DNA of 24,257 bases. Origin: Promethearchaeota archaeon (GTDB lineage Archaea > Asgardarchaeota > Lokiarchaeia > Sigyniarchaeales > SOKP01). Below, one piece after another: positions 1 through 8,294 of the stretch. Made by a program: the position numbers and the translations under genes. Every line of letters begins with the position of its first letter. The stretch's first letter is position 1. Below the pieces are notes generated by a model, which saw nothing but the letters and a program-made list of their open reading frames with translations, did not search any database and was not told the origin of the DNA. The DNA lies in the NCBI GenBank assembly GCA_048938895.1, contig JBHLLU010000058.1, forward strand, positions 1 through 24,257. The letters are read 5' to 3'.

Positions 1-20
1 TAAAAAAATTTATTTAAATT

Positions 21-272
21 CTACCATATTCCGTAATTCCGATGTACGCGCTCGCGCTCTAATCTCGAAATGGGAATTACCTGCTCTACATACTTTGCAT
101 TATAACTCGATTTTTTTATTAGCTTTGCTAATCGAGTTTTCAGTGGAACCCTATAAACCTCGCTTTCCCGCTCTGGCTCGACCTCTGGCTCTTCACATTC
201 GATACAAATCTCAGCTTTCGCGCACTCGGGCTCGGAAATACTGGTCAAATCCATCTCATGTACTTGTTCCAT
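21..272 (-). CDS. Small hypothetical protein (83 aa; acidic N-half, basic C-half)
   Basis: ATG-started ORF, richer in GC than the flanking intergenic DNA and divergent from the wHTH-TPR gene. No family recognised. Confidence 0.6.
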   Translation of the reverse strand: MEQVHEMDLTSISEPECAKAEICIECEEPEVEPERESEVYRVPLKTRLAKLIKKSSYNAKYVEQVIPISRLERERVHRNYGIW

Positions 273-400
273 CTTTTTTTTTCACTTCTTTTTCTTTTTT
301 TTGCTAAGATTTAGTAAGAAGTACTTCAATATATAGTTTTTATTACAATAGTTCAACTGTAGTTTGTACTTCAATTATAGTTCAAACTCCATATTGAACG

Positions 401-414
401 AGAAACTTTAAATA
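401..414 (+). promoter_or_regulatory. BRE + TATA box for the wHTH-TPR gene
   Basis: AGAAAC followed by TTTAAATA (407-414), about 80 bp upstream of the ATG at 491; archaeal promoter consensus. Confidence 0.55.
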
Positions 415-434
415 AGAGTTGGTTTATACATTAA

Positions 435-452
435 TTGTGAGACAATTCACAA
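435..452. promoter_or_regulatory. Palindromic operator candidate TTGTGA-N6-TCACAA
   Basis: Perfect 6-bp inverted arms located about 20-40 bp downstream of the TATA box, over the expected transcription start. Confidence 0.55.
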
Positions 453-490
453 AATGAAAGTACTTTAAAGCAAACTTTGAGTGAAAAGTA

Positions 491-3043
491 ATGAGTAAAG
501 TATCAGAATTGAATCTACCACCAGATGAAATTACGAAACAGGCCTTTGGACTTCGAAAAAATAATGAACATATCATATTGTGGCTTTTGAAGAACAATGA
601 AAGTGTAGAATGGGCGCATTTTTTGGAGGATCCTATTAGTATTCCTCAATCTACACTATCAAATTATTTAAAAGATCTTCAAGATGAAGGTTATATTGAG
701 AAAGTGAGAAGGGGGGTATATAAAATCACTTCTCGGGGTGAAACGCGATATAATGAATTATCGCAGACGAAAGATAAGAAGCGAAGTTTAAATTATCCAC
801 CTAAGGCGATAACAAGTAAAAGGGAATATGAGCATTGGATTTTATGGATGGCTTATAATAATAACTTTTTGAAATGGTCAGATTTCCTGGAGGAACCATT
901 AGCAATAAATCAATCTTCATTATCAAAAAGCATTAAGTCATTACTGAATAGGGAGGCTATAAGGAAAAACGATGATAAGGAGTATCGAATCACTCGAATC
1001 GGCAAGGCTGAATATGCTCGTATGTTGAGGACGTATGATTTAGACCGTCAGTCAATTCTTAATGAAGAAAGCAAGAGGATTGGTGAGATAACAAAAAAAA
1101 CGATAGATTTTTTTGAAAAATATGACATTACAAATTCTGATATAAAATTCCGATTTTTAAATAATGTACTAACTCTACCTTTTGAGAAATTAAAAGGGTC
1201 ACTTGATACAGAAGAGCAATTTAATAAAATCCTACTATATCTTTCAATGAATCATCCCAATCAGTATCCTGCATATATTTCAACTAATGAATTTTCAGAA
1301 AGATATAACATTAACAAATTAGACCTTGAATTTAACATTCGGAAAATTATTGAAAAAGATGTCTATCCTACAAAATTCTTTAAAATAGAGACAGGTAAGG
1401 ATAAATTATATTATTTTCAAGCGAATGAGAAGCTTGAGAAGGTCTTAAGTGCAATTACTGAGGATTATATTACTAAATTTACCTATTTAAATAAGCTATA
1501 TGAAAGTAGTTCTAGAGAAACACTTACCTTAACATTGGAATCTACAGTTGATGCGATATTGAATGAAATATGTGAAAGTCTATTTAATGAAGAACTAAAA
1601 GACTCACTGAGAGAATTTCTACCTGATTATATAAACTATTTAGCCTATAAGATGGAGACGCAAAAGAGATTGGAAGAAATTACAGATAAATTAGAAGGAA
1701 CAATTTGGCAGGAGTTTCAATATTATAGTGCTACGAATGAAACTCCCAAGAATTTAGATGAAAGTCAGGAGAATTATTACCTTTCACCAAACATATTCGA
1801 CATTTTGGATGAATCCTATATAATTCCAGAAATAGAATCCGCAGTTCAGGAAACAAAGAAAAGATTTAAAGATAAAATCGAATGGAAGGAAGCACTAGGT
1901 TATGTGAATTCGAAAATAGAGAGTGGTTTAGAACATAAAGAGTTTAAGTTATTTAAAGCAACTGTTCTCTGTCGCATTAATAAGTATACAGAAGCAATAA
2001 AATTAATTGAGGAGGAAATAGATTATGAACAATATCGAGATGACGAGGGAATATATTTAACTTCTTCTTTTATTCTTGTCTATTCGTATACTTCCTTAGG
2101 AACTGTTAATGAGGCGCTTGAAATTATTGATGAAATGTTTGAGACTTATCCTGATCATCCAATTTCACTTGCTGCAAAAGCTATAGTTTATGGATATAGT
2201 ATGATTTACGATTTTGATGTTGGTGAGGTAAACAATGATTATGTTTTAGATTTAATCGATGAAGTCATCAGAGCTGATTCTAGCATTTTGAATAAAGCAA
2301 GATATTATCAATTTAAGTCAACTATTTTGGAACAAATGAAAAAGGATGAGGAAGCTTTAGATGAAATTGAAATCGCTATGCAACTTACTGAAGATCTTGT
2401 TGAACTATACTACAGTAAATCAAAAATTCTTGCAGAGTTAGGGAGATATGATGAAGCAATGGAGGTCCTGGATGAAACTATGATACGATATCCTGACAAC
2501 CGTAAGCAGTTATTAATGCAAAAAGCTTATGTTTACAAGATGCAAGGTGATTACCAGTCTGGTTTAGATATAATTACTCAGCTTACAAAAAATTATCCAA
2601 AAGAAGTAGATTTTTACAATAATAAAGCCTATTGGCATGTATACATTTATAATCAGAAGAAGGAAATGGGAATAGAGGATGAAGAAAATAAGAAATCAGC
2701 TCTAGGAGATATAAAATTTCTAACTGAGAAAGTTCCAAACGAGGGAAATTATTTTGATTCATATGGTGAAATACTTCTGATAATTGGTGAGTATAAAGAT
2801 GCTATTAAAATGTATGAGAAAGCAATAAAAATCGAACCAAACGGTTGGTTTGTTCCAGCATCTTATTTAGGCCTTGGTAAATGTCACCAAAAACTTGGAA
2901 ATTATGAAGAGGCAGTGAAGAACCTTCAAAAAGCTCGAAAGATCGTAAGATATTGTTTCTGTCATATCAAACATAAAAAAGAGTGGATTGAAGAGATCGA
3001 ATACCATTTAAACGAAGTTAAAGAATTAATGGAAAAACCGTAG
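491..3043 (+). CDS. Tandem winged-HTH + TPR-repeat protein, putative transcriptional regulator
   Basis: Two mutually similar wHTH units (HIILWLLKNN..W.HFLEDP.SI.QSTLS..L..L..Y.IT..G and HWILWMAYNN..W.DFLEEP.AI.QSSLS..I..L..Y.IT..G), perhaps a third near aa 245-310. The C-terminal half has TPR patterns (e.g. LAELGRYDEAMEVLD, YLGLGKCHQKLGNYEEAVKNLQKA). Confidence 0.85.
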   Translation: MSKVSELNLPPDEITKQAFGLRKNNEHIILWLLKNNESVEWAHFLEDPISIPQSTLSNYLKDLQDEGYIEKVRRGVYKITSRGETRYNELSQTKDKKRSLNYPPKAITSKREYEHWILWMAYNNNFLKWSDFLEEPLAINQSSLSKSIKSLLNREAIRKNDDKEYRITRIGKAEYARMLRTYDLDRQSILNEESKRIGEITKKTIDFFEKYDITNSDIKFRFLNNVLTLPFEKLKGSLDTEEQFNKILLYLSMNHPNQYPAYISTNEFSERYNINKLDLEFNIRKIIEKDVYPTKFFKIETGKDKLYYFQANEKLEKVLSAITEDYITKFTYLNKLYESSSRETLTLTLESTVDAILNEICESLFNEELKDSLREFLPDYINYLAYKMETQKRLEEITDKLEGTIWQEFQYYSATNETPKNLDESQENYYLSPNIFDILDESYIIPEIESAVQETKKRFKDKIEWKEALGYVNSKIESGLEHKEFKLFKATVLCRINKYTEAIKLIEEEIDYEQYRDDEGIYLTSSFILVYSYTSLGTVNEALEIIDEMFETYPDHPISLAAKAIVYGYSMIYDFDVGEVNNDYVLDLIDEVIRADSSILNKARYYQFKSTILEQMKKDEEALDEIEIAMQLTEDLVELYYSKSKILAELGRYDEAMEVLDETMIRYPDNRKQLLMQKAYVYKMQGDYQSGLDIITQLTKNYPKEVDFYNNKAYWHVYIYNQKKEMGIEDEENKKSALGDIKFLTEKVPNEGNYFDSYGEILLIIGEYKDAIKMYEKAIKIEPNGWFVPASYLGLGKCHQKLGNYEEAVKNLQKARKIVRYCFCHIKHKKEWIEEIEYHLNEVKELMEKP

Positions 3044-3274
3044 AATTTTATTAACCTTCTTTTTATGATTATGATTCAGACAGAATTGAATAATCGGAAT
3101 ATCAACGAATTATTGAATATGTTGAAATGTCGAATAATCCAAAATAATCCTTTAAAAAAGCAAATAATTGTTTATTTAGATTTTATTAAAGGAAATGATC
3201 AATTCGTATCTAGTCAATAAATGAAGTCTTAATGTAAAATTTTCAAAATTCTATTATTAAGGACGTGATTTAAA

Positions 3275-3850
3275 GTGAAGACAATATTGTGTTATTTATA
3301 TGATGGTTTTGCTGATTTTGAAACAGTTCTTGCTTGTTCTGGTATGAATGGTGATGAAGAACTTGAAATTGTTTATATTGCATATGATAACTTACCCTTA
3401 AAATCTTCGGGAGGTTTGACGATCTTTCCTGATAAAATAGTATCTGAAATTACTCAAACAGATGACATTGATGGTATTTTAATTCCAGGGGGATCGGAAA
3501 GGGAATTGAAACCAGAACTCGAGGAATTGATTAAAAAACTTAATAAAGAAAAGAAATTGATTGCTGCGATCTGTGCGGGACCAGAATTTCTAGCGAAAGC
3601 AGGTATTTTAAAAGGCAAAAGATATACAACATCCCAAACACCCCAAGATTATGAGGAAGCCAATGAACCAGATCCATTTCCTCGAAAGACTTATCAAGAA
3701 TCTAGAATTGTTCAGGATGGAAATATCATTACTGCACAGGGTCACGCGTTCATAGATTTTGCCTTCAAAATATGGGATTGGTTTAATGCGTATGAACATG
3801 ATGAAGAAAGAGAGGAATTAGAAACGCTCTTTACCCAAATCCAAGTTTAA
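3275..3850 (+). CDS. DJ-1/PfpI family protein (class I glutamine amidotransferase-like)
   Basis: ADFE (conserved Glu), GILIPGG, nucleophile elbow AAICAGP, and VQDGNIITAQG; GTG start. Confidence 0.92.
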   Translation: MKTILCYLYDGFADFETVLACSGMNGDEELEIVYIAYDNLPLKSSGGLTIFPDKIVSEITQTDDIDGILIPGGSERELKPELEELIKKLNKEKKLIAAICAGPEFLAKAGILKGKRYTTSQTPQDYEEANEPDPFPRKTYQESRIVQDGNIITAQGHAFIDFAFKIWDWFNAYEHDEEREELETLFTQIQV

Positions 3851-3871
3851 GAGATTTTTTTAATATTCTTT

Positions 3872-4624
3872 TTATTTTTTATATCCTACTTTAATAATCA
3901 TTGAAATTGACTCATCAAAGACTTGTCCTTCGACTTGACATTTAAAGGGCATTTCTTCTGAATTAAATAATTCTGTGAAATATCCTAACCAGTAAGAGCT
4001 ATAACGCTTATTTTGTCTATGTCGAAAAAGAATATGAAACTCATCTTTATTTTCTTTAACGACATCTATTGTATGAAAGTAATTTGCTACAACCCAAACT
4101 TTTTGAATGGTGCTTATAATTTCCTCTATTGTAAGGTTTTTAAGTGGTCTTGAATCGTTATACCAAAGAATCAAATCTATAGCAACATTTTTACGCCAGG
4201 GTTTTTGTAAACTTTCTTCAGGTGCTTCTGCAGCAGCAATTAGTTGATTAAATGTTGTTTTTCCAATCAACATCATTTTCATTTCATCTCTAGCTCTTAC
4301 CCATAAATCCCTATCAAGGCTTTTTTGATCTCCAAAATATTTAACAGCGCGTTCAATAAAAGAAATATCAGATTCATTACCTTCCTTATATTTTTCAATT
4401 GTTCCACGAATTTCAGGTGAAATCGAGTTGAATTCATCATAGCACTTAATAGCGTTTCTCACTAAGTCAGAAATGGTAGTACCTTGTATTTTATATTTAT
4501 CAATTAGACTTCGAGTTTCATCGCTTACTTTGACATATATTGGCTTATCTTTTGGTTCGACTTCTTTAACTTCATTTTTATCAGCAACCTGATCGTTTTC
4601 TTTTGTAATAATTATCATCTCCAA
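3872..4624 (-). CDS. Ribbon-helix-helix regulator with C-terminal V4R-like (putative ligand-binding) domain
   Basis: KPIYVKVSDETRSLIDKY..TISDLVRNAI is RHH-like and is followed by a second degenerate copy (ISPEIRGTIEKY..DISFIERAV). The alpha/beta C-domain assignment is tentative. The start may be the ATG at 4618 or further downstream. Confidence 0.65.
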   Translation of the reverse strand: MEMIIITKENDQVADKNEVKEVEPKDKPIYVKVSDETRSLIDKYKIQGTTISDLVRNAIKCYDEFNSISPEIRGTIEKYKEGNESDISFIERAVKYFGDQKSLDRDLWVRARDEMKMMLIGKTTFNQLIAAAEAPEESLQKPWRKNVAIDLILWYNDSRPLKNLTIEEIISTIQKVWVVANYFHTIDVVKENKDEFHILFRHRQNKRYSSYWLGYFTELFNSEEMPFKCQVEGQVFDESISMIIKVGYKK

Positions 4625-4650
4625 TTTTTTTGCTAATGCATTAAGGTGAA

Positions 4651-4896
4651 TATATATCTTTATATTAATATACTTTAAGTTTATTTATCAAAGGATTAGA
4701 TCCCTTTAAGAAATATTTTGCTCATATATAGTGATATATACAGACTAATCATTACTCTTCACCAAACATTTAAAAAATTATTTATATACATATATATATC
4801 TTTATTTTTGTATTTCTATTGCTCAATCTTTTTTTGTCTGATACTTAATAGTAATAATAACATTTAAATATATCGTTATATATGATTATATACAGA
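4651..4896. promoter_or_regulatory. Repeated TATATA-N4-TATATA boxes in the divergent promoter region
   Basis: Exact copies at 4725-4740, 4783-4798 and 4877-4892, and a 1-mismatch copy at 4651-4666. Two copies are followed by CAGA. A TTTAAATA TATA box at 4863-4870 precedes the last copy. Confidence 0.45.
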
Positions 4897-4941
4897 ATAA
4901 AAAATAATCAAAAAAAAATATATTAAGATATAGAAAAATTT

Positions 4942-5112
4942 ATGAAACAATTTAAAAAAATCACTCAGAAAAAATATGATAAAAGAAGTACTACTAAAGC
5001 ATTTTGGGATGTGGCCGATAGATACACATTCGACTCTCCCGCTATATCAGTCTATAACTTATCGATTGGGGAATTCAAAACATTTAGTAATCAGTTAAAT
5101 AGAATGCCTTAA
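4942..5112 (+). CDS. Microprotein 1 (56 aa), WxxxD[RK]Y motif family
   Basis: Hand translation: MKQFKKITQKKYDKRSTTKAFWDVADRYTFDSPAISVYNLSIGEFKTFSNQLNRMP. It shares KAxWDVADxY with the next ORF, with synonymous codon changes. Confidence 0.75.
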   Translation: MKQFKKITQKKYDKRSTTKAFWDVADRYTFDSPAISVYNLSIGEFKTFSNQLNRMP

Positions 5113-5145
5113 TCCTTAATTGAAATAACAAAGAGCTAAAAAAAA

Positions 5146-5295
5146 TTGAAGAAAAACAAAAAAAAAGATAATAAATTTGTTTCTCAAGAAGAAAATCATA
5201 GTAGAGATGTTAAAAAAGCAATGTGGGATGTTGCTGATAAATATGATCTGGATTGCCTTCCAATATGGGGAAGGCATTTTATTAGATACAAATAA
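5146..5295 (+). CDS. Microprotein 2 (49 aa), WxxxD[RK]Y motif family
   Basis: TTG start. Hand translation: MKKNKKKDNKFVSQEENHSRDVKKAMWDVADKYDLDCLPIWGRHFIRYK. Confidence 0.72.
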   Translation: MKKNKKKDNKFVSQEENHSRDVKKAMWDVADKYDLDCLPIWGRHFIRYK

Positions 5296-5299
5296 GATA

Positions 5300-5440
5300 A
5301 TGATGAAAGAAATAAAGCCAGTTTGTAATAAGTTTCAGACAAGAACGCATCATAGGTTATGCGTTGATAAAAGAATTTGGAAAAATTTAGACCGATACAT
5401 AACACTTAGAACAAATGGGAGTATCGGACGTTCCATATAA
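5300..5440 (+). CDS. Microprotein 3 (46 aa), divergent WxxxD[RK]Y motif family member
   Basis: MMKEIKPVCNKFQTRTHHRLCVDKRIWKNLDRYITLRTNGSIGRSI. It starts 4 nt after the stop of microprotein 2 and is the C-terminal part of track ORF 5177..5440. Confidence 0.62.
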   Translation: MMKEIKPVCNKFQTRTHHRLCVDKRIWKNLDRYITLRTNGSIGRSI

Positions 5441-5483
5441 AATAATTATTTTTAACGAAAAAAGAAGAAAGAGGTAAGAAAAA

Positions 5484-5942
5484 ATGGCATATATGATTCC
5501 TATTATAGCAAATAGAAAAAATTATCGTAGATCTAGCCCTGGAGCTGTGATAGCAGGATTAATTATTTTTTTAGTCTTCGGGATATTATTTTTCCTGTTT
5601 TTAAATCGATCTTGGGTTTTTGGATTTAATTTTAGTATAGTATTTTGGATTGGGGGTTTTATGATATTTTTTGCAATAATTTTAGCAATTACTGCCGCTA
5701 TTAGTGCATCATCTGTGAGTAAAAACATTAAACCAAGGAATGGAGACCCTCCTAAACAACAAATAATACTTCAAAAACCGGTAAGTCAAATAAACCCTTA
5801 TAAATCGTCTAATATAGAAAAAATTAACCTAAAAACTCCTGAAAATAATCTTTTAACTGAGATAATTAATTATTGCAGTTTTTGTGGTGCGAAGAAGGAA
5901 TTAGATGCAATATACTGTCATATGTGTGGTTCCAAATTTTAG
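5484..5942 (+). CDS. Two-TM membrane protein with C-terminal zinc ribbon
   Basis: GAGGT ribosome-binding site, two hydrophobic helices, and C-terminal CSFCG..CHMCG. Confidence 0.85.
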   Translation: MAYMIPIIANRKNYRRSSPGAVIAGLIIFLVFGILFFLFLNRSWVFGFNFSIVFWIGGFMIFFAIILAITAAISASSVSKNIKPRNGDPPKQQIILQKPVSQINPYKSSNIEKINLKTPENNLLTEIINYCSFCGAKKELDAIYCHMCGSKF

Positions 5943-6077
5943 AAATTTTCAATCATAAATTTTACCAAAAATATTAAAATAAGCATTATGATAAAGTCGA
6001 AAAGAATATTAAGATACGCTCGTTGGAAGAGGAAGAGATACATTGCTGAATTTTTAATTGTGGTAATTGGATTATTG

Positions 6078-6980
6078 ATGACAACGACAGGTTTTTTCTT
6101 TACTAATTTTTATGATATTTTCTTCAGTATTTGTTTAGGATTATTTATTGGTGGCATTATTATGTCTATTATTTCGACAGTTCTTGCTGAGATATCAACT
6201 CACGATCTTCAGGCTACAGATCATATAGATCACGGAGATTTTGGACATGTCGATCATATAGATCATGGAGATTTTGGATATGTTGATCATATCGATCACG
6301 GAGATTTTGGGCATGTTGATCATATCGATCATGGAGATTTTGGGCATGTTGATCATATCGATCATGGAGATTTTGGACATGTCGATCATGTAGACCATGG
6401 AGATTTTGGACAGGTTGACCACATCGATCATATAGACCATGTGGATCATATAGACCATGGGGATTTTGGACAGGTAGACCATATCGATCATATAGACCAT
6501 GCTGATCATGACTATGATACAAGAGATTCCAATATTTTCAATGAGACAACTCCAACACCATTCATGTTAATTTTTTCTACATCTTTATTGCTATTTGGAA
6601 TATCTGGAATTTTATTTTATTATATTTTTGATAATAATGTTAGATTTCTCATATTTTTCGCTGCTATTAGTGTAACTTTTTTAACAACAAAATTAATTTC
6701 TACTACTTGGAAAAAGATAGCAAAGTCAAGATTTTATGATATTACAGCTACTAAAAATTTAATTGGACAAAAAGGAGTTATTGTTTTAGATGTCGATAAT
6801 AAGGGCGGAGTTGTTAAAATTAAATCCAACAATCCGATGAAATTCGAAAAAATTCATGTAAAACCATTACACGTAGATTCTTTCTTCGAGAAAGGGGAAG
6901 AAGTATATATTTGCGATATTAAAGATGGATTTTTATTAGTGGATAAAAAATTAAGCTCAATTCGATATAGAAGGAGATAA
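6078..6980 (+). CDS. NfeD-like (YuaF/YqiJ-type) membrane protein with His/Asp repeat loop and C-terminal OB-fold
   Basis: TM - His/Asp loop - P.M..F..LL.FG..G TM pair - LIGQKGVI..GGVVKI..KGEEVYI..I...LLV (NfeD C-domain), directly upstream of an SPFH gene. The start is uncertain (ORF open from 5988; ATG at 6078 preferred). Confidence 0.85.
   Translation: MTTTGFFFTNFYDIFFSICLGLFIGGIIMSIISTVLAEISTHDLQATDHIDHGDFGHVDHIDHGDFGYVDHIDHGDFGHVDHIDHGDFGHVDHIDHGDFGHVDHVDHGDFGQVDHIDHIDHVDHIDHGDFGQVDHIDHIDHADHDYDTRDSNIFNETTPTPFMLIFSTSLLLFGISGILFYYIFDNNVRFLIFFAAISVTFLTTKLISTTWKKIAKSRFYDITATKNLIGQKGVIVLDVDNKGGVVKIKSNNPMKFEKIHVKPLHVDSFFEKGEEVYICDIKDGFLLVDKKLSSIRYRRR
6219..6512 (+). repeat. Intragenic 33-bp tandem repeat encoding DHIDHGDFGHV
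   Basis: Seven 11-aa units plus DHx triplet runs; 25 His in 98 aa. Confidence 0.95.
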
Positions 6981-7071
6981 AATTTGTATTTTACAAAAAT
7001 AATATTCAAAATTTAAAGTTTAAAAAAAATAGATAAAAATTAGAAAAAAATAGGAGGTTAAAAATAAGAAG

Positions 7072-8241
7072 ATGTTGTTCCAAGAAATAACAATTTGGGT
7101 TACCTGGTTAGTAATAATAGTGATTATAATAGCTTTTCTCTTTTTAATTTTCATGGCGACGAGGTATAGAAAATTCAAAACAAACCAATTTGTGATACAT
7201 TTACGAAATGGAAAAGTTAAACATGCTGGATTAGGAGGAAGCTTATGGTTATTACCTCTAATTGACGAATATTTAGTAATTCCTACAACTAGTATTCAGA
7301 CAACCTTAGAAGCTCATGAACAAGTAGTTTCAATGGAATATCAAAATATTTCGATAGTTGGAATGTTGATTTGGAAAGTAATAGATCCTGAGAGAGCATT
7401 TAGTGCGGTTTCATGGAATCCTAGAGACGAAAATTATGTGGAGAAAATATTAAAGAATGCAGCAGAAGCAATTATACGTACTACATGTGCAAATATGCCA
7501 ATCGAAAAAATCATTCGAGAGCGTCGAGAAATAATTAATATTGTAAGTAAAGAAATTCATGAATTAACAGCAGATTGGGGTGTTGTAATAGAATCAATTG
7601 AAATCCGTGAAGTGAATATATTAGAGCCAGGATTGAAAAAGAATATGGAAGCTGTGAAACAAGCAATCGAAGCTAGAAAAGCACGAATAGCAAACGCAGA
7701 GTCTGAAAGAGAATCGAGAATAAGAGAATTAGAAGTTCAGAATGAAATAGGAATCCAGAATCAGCAAGTGGAAAAAGAAATTGAATTAAGAAGGAAAGAT
7801 AAAGAAATAGCTATTGCAGAACAGGAAAGAGAACGTAAGAAGATTGAAGCAGACGGTGAGAGGCAGAAGAAGATAATCGAAGCTGATGCGAGTGCCCAAC
7901 AAATTAAAAGAAAGTTAATCGCTCAAGCTGAAGGTGAAGCCGAAAATATAAAACAACAAATGCTTGCTCAAGCAGAAGGATTTCAAAAACAAGTTGAAGC
8001 AATGGGCAGTGCTGATGAAAGGTTCTTAGCTGTTCAACTAACTAACATTTTACCTGAAATCTTTAAGAATCTGAACCCTGATAAAATGTTCATCATGGGA
8101 GATGGCAATGAAGCATTTAGTTCTCTTTCTCGAGCTATATTACCGTTCTTACAGCTTTTACCAGAGTATTCTGATAAGATCAAAGATTTTTTTAATAATG
8201 GTGGCGCAAAAAAGTTAAAAGAAGTTTTAGTTAAGAAATAA
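7072..8241 (+). CDS. SPFH/band-7 (flotillin-like) protein
   Basis: GGAGGT RBS, N-terminal TM, SPFH core (WKVIDP..A, IIRERREI, WGVVIESIEIREV), and a flotillin-type AEAE/AEGEAE coiled coil. Confidence 0.92.
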   Translation: MLFQEITIWVTWLVIIVIIIAFLFLIFMATRYRKFKTNQFVIHLRNGKVKHAGLGGSLWLLPLIDEYLVIPTTSIQTTLEAHEQVVSMEYQNISIVGMLIWKVIDPERAFSAVSWNPRDENYVEKILKNAAEAIIRTTCANMPIEKIIRERREIINIVSKEIHELTADWGVVIESIEIREVNILEPGLKKNMEAVKQAIEARKARIANAESERESRIRELEVQNEIGIQNQQVEKEIELRRKDKEIAIAEQERERKKIEADGERQKKIIEADASAQQIKRKLIAQAEGEAENIKQQMLAQAEGFQKQVEAMGSADERFLAVQLTNILPEIFKNLNPDKMFIMGDGNEAFSSLSRAILPFLQLLPEYSDKIKDFFNNGGAKKLKEVLVKK

Positions 8242-8294
8242 TCTATAATTTTTTTTCCTTTATTTCAAATAATTTAATTGAGGTACGGAAAGTT

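Noticed and set aside
95-307. 70-aa + strand ORF
   Set aside because: It is antisense to 21..272, has a TTG start and runs into a poly-T/Phe low-complexity tail.
3065-3220. 51-aa + strand ORF (MIMIQTELNN...) between the TPR and DJ-1 genes
   Set aside because: No RBS or recognisable motif, and it begins inside a T-rich terminator-like stretch. It cannot be excluded but is unsupported.
5177-5299. N-terminal half of track ORF 5177..5440 (and antisense ORF 5196..5405)
   Set aside because: It overlaps microprotein 2 in another frame, and that frame carries the conserved motif. The ATG at 5300 is the better start.
4996-5398. The three ~30-bp motif copies as a CRISPR-like or ncRNA repeat array
   Set aside because: Spacing is irregular and long (219 and 154 bp), and variation concentrates at third codon positions, which favours protein-level conservation.
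6219-6512. 33-bp repeat as a CRISPR array
   Set aside because: Units are contiguous with no unique spacers, stay in frame and vary at synonymous sites; no cas genes are present.
6195-6522. Antisense ORFs 6195..6509 and 6214..6522 with repetitive translations
   Set aside because: They are shadows of the 33-bp coding repeat, which happens to lack stops in those frames.
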